Shown: positions 30,625 through 36,204 of the stretch, piece by piece
How the letters are laid out: each line of letters starts with the position of its first letter
How positions within the stretch are numbered: the first letter of the stretch is position 1
Source of the DNA: a virus
Direction: 5' to 3' (one strand)
Length of the DNA stretch: 36,204 bases
Virus record (IMG/VR): IMGVR_UViG_3300021399_000310
Coordinates: 1 to 36,204 of that record
Notes under the pieces: model-generated
Seen by the model: the letters and a program-made list of their open reading frames with translations, nothing else
The model's database searches: none
Told to the model about the DNA's origin: nothing
Translations under genes and position numbers: made by a program

Positions 30625-32873
30625 TCCCGATCTTATACCCATGGAGTGAGACAGAGTTTCAGACGGAGGGATTGGGTCGTCTCACAGAGATTACAGACAT
30701 CTCGGTCACGCAGAACCGAAACAGGGAATTTGAGTGTGAATTTAAGTACCCGATCAACGGTCGGCTTTTCGACAAGATCGAAATAGGGTCGATTATTTAC
30801 ACGACCCACGACGTCACGCAAACACCGCAGCCGTTCCAAGTGTACAGGCGCTCAGCGCCGCTTCAGGGCGTTGTCACGTTCTACGCCGAGCACTTGTCCT
30901 ATCGGCTGCGGAAGATCGTCGTAGCGCCGTTTACGGCTGGATCAGCTGCGGAAGCCATGGCGAAGATGCGGACATATTCGGTCAACGCGAATCCATTCAC
31001 CTTCTGGACAGACAAAGAGACGACCGGAAACTTCCGTGTAAAAGCGCCGGTGGCAATCCGGAACGCCCTCGGCGGAATGGCAGGATCCGTTCTTGATGTT
31101 TTCGGCGGCGGAGATTTTGAGTGGGATAAATGGACGGTTCGTCTTTACAACCACAAAGGCAACGAGACGAATGCGACCATACGTTACGCGAAGAATCTGA
31201 CCCAGCTGAAGCACGAGCTGAAGGGGGCGGATGCATACAATGCGGTGGCGCCCTTCTGGAGCGACTCAGAGAGCGGTGTGACGGTTGTTTTACCGGAGGG
31301 GTACATTCCCTTCGACAAGGCACCGGCAAGCGCACAGACGCTCGTAAACGAGGCGAGAGAGCACATCACAGCAAACGGCGAAGACATCGAAGTGAATGCG
31401 TACCGGATAGACGCGGTGCCGCTGGATCTGACCAATGAATTCGATGATCAGCCGACGGTCGAGCAGCTGAGGGCAAAGGCTGTATCAGCCATGAAGAACA
31501 AATCGCCGTGGGCACCGAAAGAGAACATCACGGTATCTTTTGCGAATCTCTGGGAGACTCCGGAATATGCGAGCATCGCACCGCTGGAGCGCTGCACACT
31601 TTGCGACACGGTGAATGTGTTCTATGAAACTCTGAACATCACCGGCAAGGCGCGGATCATCTCGACAACTTGGAACCCGCTCATAAGCAGGTACACAGAG
31701 ATGGAACTCGGCGAGCCGAAGCAGACCCTTGGCGAGATGATTCAGGCAAAGATCGAGGCGGACATCATCGAGAAGGTTCCGACAGTGACATCAATGCAGG
31801 CGGCTATAGACGCTGCCACGAAACTGATCACCGGCGGCTTCGGCGGTTATGTGCATTGGGAATATCTGAGCGACGGAACGCCTTCTGAGCTTTATTTCCT
31901 CGATCAGCCGAGCGTGGAAGCGGCGGTCAACATCCTGAGAATAAACAAGAACGGCATCGGGTTCAGCAGCGACGGCGGGACAACATACAAAACAGCCTGG
32001 ACACTTGATGGTTCATTCGTTGCCGACTTTATCACCGCCGGCACGATAAATGCGAACCTTCTGAAGGCAGGCATAATCACAGATAAAAAGGGTCTCAATT
32101 ATTGGAACCTTGAGACCGGCGAAATCTCGATCAGCTACGACGTAGACCCGGAAGGCGGAGTCACACAGGCTGATCTTCAGCGAGTGGAACAGAATGCCAA
32201 GGATTACGCAGATTCTGCGGTGGCGGATGGTATCGACGGGCTGGCGACCGAGGAATATGTCACGGGCGCAATTTCAGCGTCCCGGCAGGGCATCGAAACG
32301 GAATTTTCGAACACCTTCGTAACGAAGCCGAACGCGATCATACAGTCCCAGTACTGGTGGTATCTTTCGACATCTCCGACGCAGTTATTCGGCGGCCAAT
32401 GGTCAACGACACCGCCAACGAGAGAAGAGCAGGACAGATATGTCTGGCAGTTTACCCGGAACTATTACGCGGACGGGCATTACACAGACAGCGCCCCGGT
32501 CTGCATCTCCGGTAATGACGGCACGGCAGGGCAGGAAGTCCTGTACCTGTACATCACATCCGACGGCTCGACAGCAACGGCGAAGGAAACGCCGGCGACT
32601 GTCACGCTCACAGGATGCGTAGGGCGTGGCGCAGAAATCGACACAGACCCGAACGGCACTAAATACCATTATGCGTGGTACATGCAGAAGGACAAAGAGG
32701 ACGAATACTTCTATGACAGCGGAAAGAATGTGACTTTGACCATCAATGGCAATCTGTTTGAAGACCGAGCGCAGATGCGGTTTACGTTGGTGGACGCAGA
32801 TTTCTTCCAACTCGTCACACATAACGGAACAGCCCTCACGGATGCGGGCGGTGAAGAATTGGAGGTTGGGTGA
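30621..32873 (+). CDS. Tail-associated lysin/endopeptidase-like protein (Tal)
   Basis: ATGA overlap. The N-terminus IPILYPWSETEFQTEGLGRL is typical of prophage tail endopeptidase N-terminal domains. Confidence 0.8.
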   Translation: MIPILYPWSETEFQTEGLGRLTEITDISVTQNRNREFECEFKYPINGRLFDKIEIGSIIYTTHDVTQTPQPFQVYRRSAPLQGVVTFYAEHLSYRLRKIVVAPFTAGSAAEAMAKMRTYSVNANPFTFWTDKETTGNFRVKAPVAIRNALGGMAGSVLDVFGGGDFEWDKWTVRLYNHKGNETNATIRYAKNLTQLKHELKGADAYNAVAPFWSDSESGVTVVLPEGYIPFDKAPASAQTLVNEAREHITANGEDIEVNAYRIDAVPLDLTNEFDDQPTVEQLRAKAVSAMKNKSPWAPKENITVSFANLWETPEYASIAPLERCTLCDTVNVFYETLNITGKARIISTTWNPLISRYTEMELGEPKQTLGEMIQAKIEADIIEKVPTVTSMQAAIDAATKLITGGFGGYVHWEYLSDGTPSELYFLDQPSVEAAVNILRINKNGIGFSSDGGTTYKTAWTLDGSFVADFITAGTINANLLKAGIITDKKGLNYWNLETGEISISYDVDPEGGVTQADLQRVEQNAKDYADSAVADGIDGLATEEYVTGAISASRQGIETEFSNTFVTKPNAIIQSQYWWYLSTSPTQLFGGQWSTTPPTREEQDRYVWQFTRNYYADGHYTDSAPVCISGNDGTAGQEVLYLYITSDGSTATAKETPATVTLTGCVGRGAEIDTDPNGTKYHYAWYMQKDKEDEYFYDSGKNVTLTINGNLFEDRAQMRFTLVDADFFQLVTHNGTALTDAGGEELEVG

Positions 32874-33928
32874 TGGCACAGATGTTTAGCGCACCGATAA
32901 ATCTCATTCGCTACGACAACGGGAAGGTCGTAAAACTGACCGCTTCTGCTTCCGAGTTTGTGTCCTTCGACTATGATCTGGCACGGGAAACGGGAACATT
33001 TGACCCCGATGAAATAACCATCGACGCAGTTTTCCAAGGCGATATAGCCTTCGGAAAATGGCAGTACAGCAGGGACGGGCAATATTGGTCAGACGTGACA
33101 TCATCGAGCGGTCTGACATACACGGCGAAGCGACTGACCATTCCGAGCAATTGGTCACAGTTCAGCGCCGTCAACACTTCGATTACGTTCAAGTGCGTGT
33201 CCAGCGATGGAGAACACGAGGACACGGTCACGATCAGCCGAATCGTTGACCCGGTGACAGTCTATAAGCAGACGAGCACGCAGATCCAGCAGAACAGCGA
33301 CAAGATCGCCCTGATCGCATCGTCTGAAGAACTGTCACAGTGGAACACGAGGCAGACCATGGCAACGAAGATGGCAGCCATCGAGACGAAGGCGGACGGG
33401 ATCCTTCAGACCGTGCAGGCGGATTATCAAACCAAAGACGCGATGGGCGACTATGTGCTGGACACAAACCTTTCGAGCAAAATCCGGCAGACAGTCAACG
33501 GTATCGACCTGACGGTTGAGAACAAATCAATAAAGACCGCCCTTGATGGAAAGGCGGACACAGACTATGTCGCTTCGCAGATCAGTCAGTCTGCGGATAA
33601 GATCAGCGAGGAAATCTGGAAGACCGTAAACGGACAGGCAGTTCTGGCGGCTGCGTCAGTCACAGACGCTGAAGGTCTGCATGTCAGCACAGCAGGGCAG
33701 TCATCGACAGCAAATGTCGACGGCGAAGGCATGAAGGTGACAAAGAAGGTCGGAAGCGCGACCGAAGTCATCGCAGAATTTACAGTACAGAGGGCATACA
33801 CGAAAGACCTAACGATTGCCGGTTATTCAAGTTTTGGCGCTCATCGTATTGAGGGCATCAGCGGCAAAGAATGGGACGGCACAACCGTTCTCGGCACAGC
33901 ATGGGCATGGATTGGAGAGATTGAGTAA
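32873..33928 (+). CDS. Tail fibre / structural coiled-coil protein
   Basis: Position. The central region is heptad-like (IQQNSDKIALIASSEELSQW...). Confidence 0.65.
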   Translation: MAQMFSAPINLIRYDNGKVVKLTASASEFVSFDYDLARETGTFDPDEITIDAVFQGDIAFGKWQYSRDGQYWSDVTSSSGLTYTAKRLTIPSNWSQFSAVNTSITFKCVSSDGEHEDTVTISRIVDPVTVYKQTSTQIQQNSDKIALIASSEELSQWNTRQTMATKMAAIETKADGILQTVQADYQTKDAMGDYVLDTNLSSKIRQTVNGIDLTVENKSIKTALDGKADTDYVASQISQSADKISEEIWKTVNGQAVLAAASVTDAEGLHVSTAGQSSTANVDGEGMKVTKKVGSATEVIAEFTVQRAYTKDLTIAGYSSFGAHRIEGISGKEWDGTTVLGTAWAWIGEIE

Positions 33929-35691
33929 TGGCGTCAATAGCAGTGGGAACAGATTGGACAACGATCTGTAATAACAACATCTCATCAAACTACACCCTCG
34001 CTTACCAGATGAAACGAGGAACGCAGGACGTCAACAACAACAGGACGTACGTCTACAGGCGGTTGCTTCTGATCGTGCGGTATGCAGGCGCATCGGGCAT
34101 CGGCTGGGAAGCATCCGGAACGGGGGTGTCTACATCATCCCATCCGAGCGAGACGGCAAGCCTGTCAGTCGGTACGCATGTAGTTCTGAGCGGTGAAGGC
34201 TGGGTCAATCACAGCGATGACGGAACATGGTCACAGAACGTTTCAGGAACGTATCGGTACGGCTGGACAGGTTCTTCGTGGATGTATGCGTGGGGAACCG
34301 GCACAAACACGGCAACGCTTCCGAGTTTGCCGAGAAATGCGGTCATAACATCGTTCAACAATTTCACGATTGAGGACGGGGTGACAATCGCTTACACAAA
34401 CAATATTGCAGGAAAAACGCTGACCTTTACAGTCAAGCTCGATGAGCTGAGCGACACCCTTGCATCAACCGCGATAGGAAACGCCCAGGCTGGGTCAGAG
34501 ACGATAAAATTCACATTCACAGACGCAAATCTGGCGAAAATCCGGACGAAACTAGGAAACGCAAAAAGCGGGACTTTTATCATCACTCTGACCACGAGCG
34601 GAATCAGCACAACGAGCGTGGTCAAACCGACCGGAACGCTGAAGGAATCAGTAAACCGCCCGAGCATCGCAACGCCCACAGTCACAGAGACAGCGCTCAG
34701 CGGTAAAGGCGTTGGCGCTTTGGAATTCGTGCGGTACATCTCGACAAAAAATGTGTCGGTGGTTGTAACTCCGGGCACAGGCACGACGATCAAGTCTGTC
34801 GTCCTCAGTAACGGTACGAATCGCACCAACTGCACAGCCGATGGAACAACATGGTCGGGCTCGATTGGGAATCTGACAGAGAACACCATCGTCATCACAG
34901 CGACGGACAACAGAGGCTTTACAAACACGAGAACCATCACGGCATCGACATGGAGAACCTACGCAAAGCCGAGCGTAACAGAGGTCAAGTTCGACCGGAA
35001 CAACGCAACAACAGAGGCAGGATACATCCAGCCGAAGGGCACCTTCTGGAACGGCACAGCAGGAAACACGACAAACAGCGTATCGGTTAAGTTCAAACTG
35101 AACAGTCTGTCAGAGGCATCGTTTTCAGCGTCACAGATAAGCAAGAGCGGAACGAATTGGTCGGGTGACTACTCGATCAGCGCCAGCAGTACCTACAAAC
35201 TCGAACGGGAGAAGACCTACACCCTCCGGGTCACGGTCACAGACTCTTTCGGGCAGTCAGCGTATAAAGACGCATCGCTCGGCACAGCGGTTCTGACCAT
35301 GTGGCTCGGCAAAGTCACAGCCATCGCTCCCTATCTTCTCGCAGAGCATGACGTGGGTATCGGCAAGGGCGGAGCGGTGACAGTCAAACTGAGCGAAGTG
35401 GCATCGGATGTTACAACGCTGAAGGGCAAGGTTGTCAAAACGAAAGAGGTCTACAACGCTACGAAAGCACTCAGCACAAGCAACGGCAACGCCATAACCT
35501 TCAGCAAGCCTTCGGACTTCACGCAGTCTTTGGGTGTGCGCATCCGGAGAGCATGGCCTCAGTCATCGTGGGCAGACGGTGCGGTGGTTGCCATTAGTGC
35601 AGACGATACATTCACAGGCACAATGTCTGTCACGCTCACAACGACTCATGCGCAAAGTTACGCTTTGATTTTGGAAATGACTTATATCTGA
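33928..35691 (+). CDS. Large S/T/N-rich baseplate or receptor-binding protein (DUF859-like N-terminus, Ig-like repeats)
   Basis: TAATG overlap. Motif ATLPSLPRNAVITSF. Repeated beta-rich segments. Confidence 0.65.
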   Translation: MASIAVGTDWTTICNNNISSNYTLAYQMKRGTQDVNNNRTYVYRRLLLIVRYAGASGIGWEASGTGVSTSSHPSETASLSVGTHVVLSGEGWVNHSDDGTWSQNVSGTYRYGWTGSSWMYAWGTGTNTATLPSLPRNAVITSFNNFTIEDGVTIAYTNNIAGKTLTFTVKLDELSDTLASTAIGNAQAGSETIKFTFTDANLAKIRTKLGNAKSGTFIITLTTSGISTTSVVKPTGTLKESVNRPSIATPTVTETALSGKGVGALEFVRYISTKNVSVVVTPGTGTTIKSVVLSNGTNRTNCTADGTTWSGSIGNLTENTIVITATDNRGFTNTRTITASTWRTYAKPSVTEVKFDRNNATTEAGYIQPKGTFWNGTAGNTTNSVSVKFKLNSLSEASFSASQISKSGTNWSGDYSISASSTYKLEREKTYTLRVTVTDSFGQSAYKDASLGTAVLTMWLGKVTAIAPYLLAEHDVGIGKGGAVTVKLSEVASDVTTLKGKVVKTKEVYNATKALSTSNGNAITFSKPSDFTQSLGVRIRRAWPQSSWADGAVVAISADDTFTGTMSVTLTTTHAQSYALILEMTYI

Positions 35692-35704
35692 GGAGGAAAT
35701 TTTT

Positions 35705-36204
35705 ATGGGTATTCAGATTCATGAACTGGCAACGAAATCGGGGAATCTTTCGTCCTCGGACTTTCTCGTCGTTGACAACGGCGGTGTGACGGCGAAAATC
35801 GACTACACGAAACTCGCCAAGGCAATCGTGGAGCAGTACAACGGCAGTACCATTGCCGGGTCTGCACAGACGCTTCAGAGCGCACTGAATGGGCTGAACA
35901 CGAACAAGGTGTCTTTCAAAGCGACAGTTCGGACAGGTGGTGACTTGCTCGATGAGTCTCTGACAGAAGGTTTCTACTACATACAAGGTGCTTCTGCTAA
36001 CTTTCCAAACGATTCCGTCAACCACAGCGGATATTTGACGGTAAAGACAAAAAAAGGCGGAGAGAGTGTCTTCAGAATCCATGAGTATCAGCCTTATAAC
36101 GAAGGCACTGTTTATGTAAACATGTTGCAGAACTCACAAACATGGACAGGATGGAAAGCACTTCCGTCAATAGACGAGATGAAAGCGTCGTGGGCGAATT
36201 ATGG
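35705..36204 (+). CDS. Tail fibre / receptor-binding protein, 5' part (continues at position 1 after circularisation)
   Basis: GAGGAGG RBS. No stop before the window end. Contains the first knob-like domain (GFYYIQGASANFP...WTGWKAL). Confidence 0.8.
   Translation, partial: MGIQIHELATKSGNLSSSDFLVVDNGGVTAKIDYTKLAKAIVEQYNGSTIAGSAQTLQSALNGLNTNKVSFKATVRTGGDLLDESLTEGFYYIQGASANFPNDSVNHSGYLTVKTKKGGESVFRIHEYQPYNEGTVYVNMLQNSQTWTGWKALPSIDEMKASWANY
36078..36204. repeat. Second copy of the 127-bp terminal repeat
   Basis: Identical to 1..127. Confidence 0.95.

Noticed and set aside
1-36204. Search for tRNA or tmRNA genes, a reverse transcriptase with template repeats (DGR or retron), toxin or defence ATPases and nucleases, and CRISPR arrays.
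   Set aside because: I found no T-arm-like GGTTCGAATCC-type sequences in the non-coding gaps, no YxDD reverse-transcriptase motif in any frame of the track, no large unassigned ORFs, and no spaced direct repeats. tRNAscan-SE and profile searches would be needed to be certain.

Overview
The window is a complete, circularly closed genome of a temperate siphovirus-type phage or prophage. Its ends are identical (1-127 = 36078-36204), so the unique length is 36,077 bp. The host is probably Gram-positive and Clostridia-like; this is inferred from the CHAP endolysin, the GGAGG ribosome-binding sites and the absence of spanins. Almost all genes are on the + strand. Gene order from the start of the window: (1) the 3' part of a tail-fibre gene that wraps the junction; (2) a lysis cassette with a CHAP endolysin, a holin and small membrane proteins; (3) a free-standing GIY-YIG homing endonuclease in a low-GC island; (4) a sigma-region-4-like regulator; (5) three hairpin terminators; (6) a terminator-insulated 7-gene operon (3802-6830) of low-complexity, Cys-rich and membrane proteins that I cannot assign, which is my best candidate for an undescribed accessory system; (7) a strongly promoted acidic-protein plus RHH pair; (8) a tyrosine integrase on the - strand; (9) a 380-bp non-coding region with 12-13 helically phased AACCAAA repeats around a palindrome with 14-bp arms; (10) a divergent RHH/RHH switch and an excisionase-like HTH; (11) an ERF / PD-(D/E)XK / SSB recombination-replication module; (12) a run of small Zn-ribbon (Lar-like) proteins; (13) a lower-GC HExxH cassette bracketed by TTGCAAT repeat clusters; (14) a late regulator; (15) the packaging and head genes: TerS, PBSX-type TerL, portal, head morphogenesis, an HK97-gp10-like gene split by a 254-nt ORF-less group I intron (23475-23728), scaffold and capsid; (16) connectors, major tail protein, G/GT chaperones with a U7 -1 slippery site, tape measure, Dit, Tal and fibre proteins. 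I saw no rRNA, tRNA, CRISPR array or reverse transcriptase. All family assignments come from motif recognition by eye, not from database searches.
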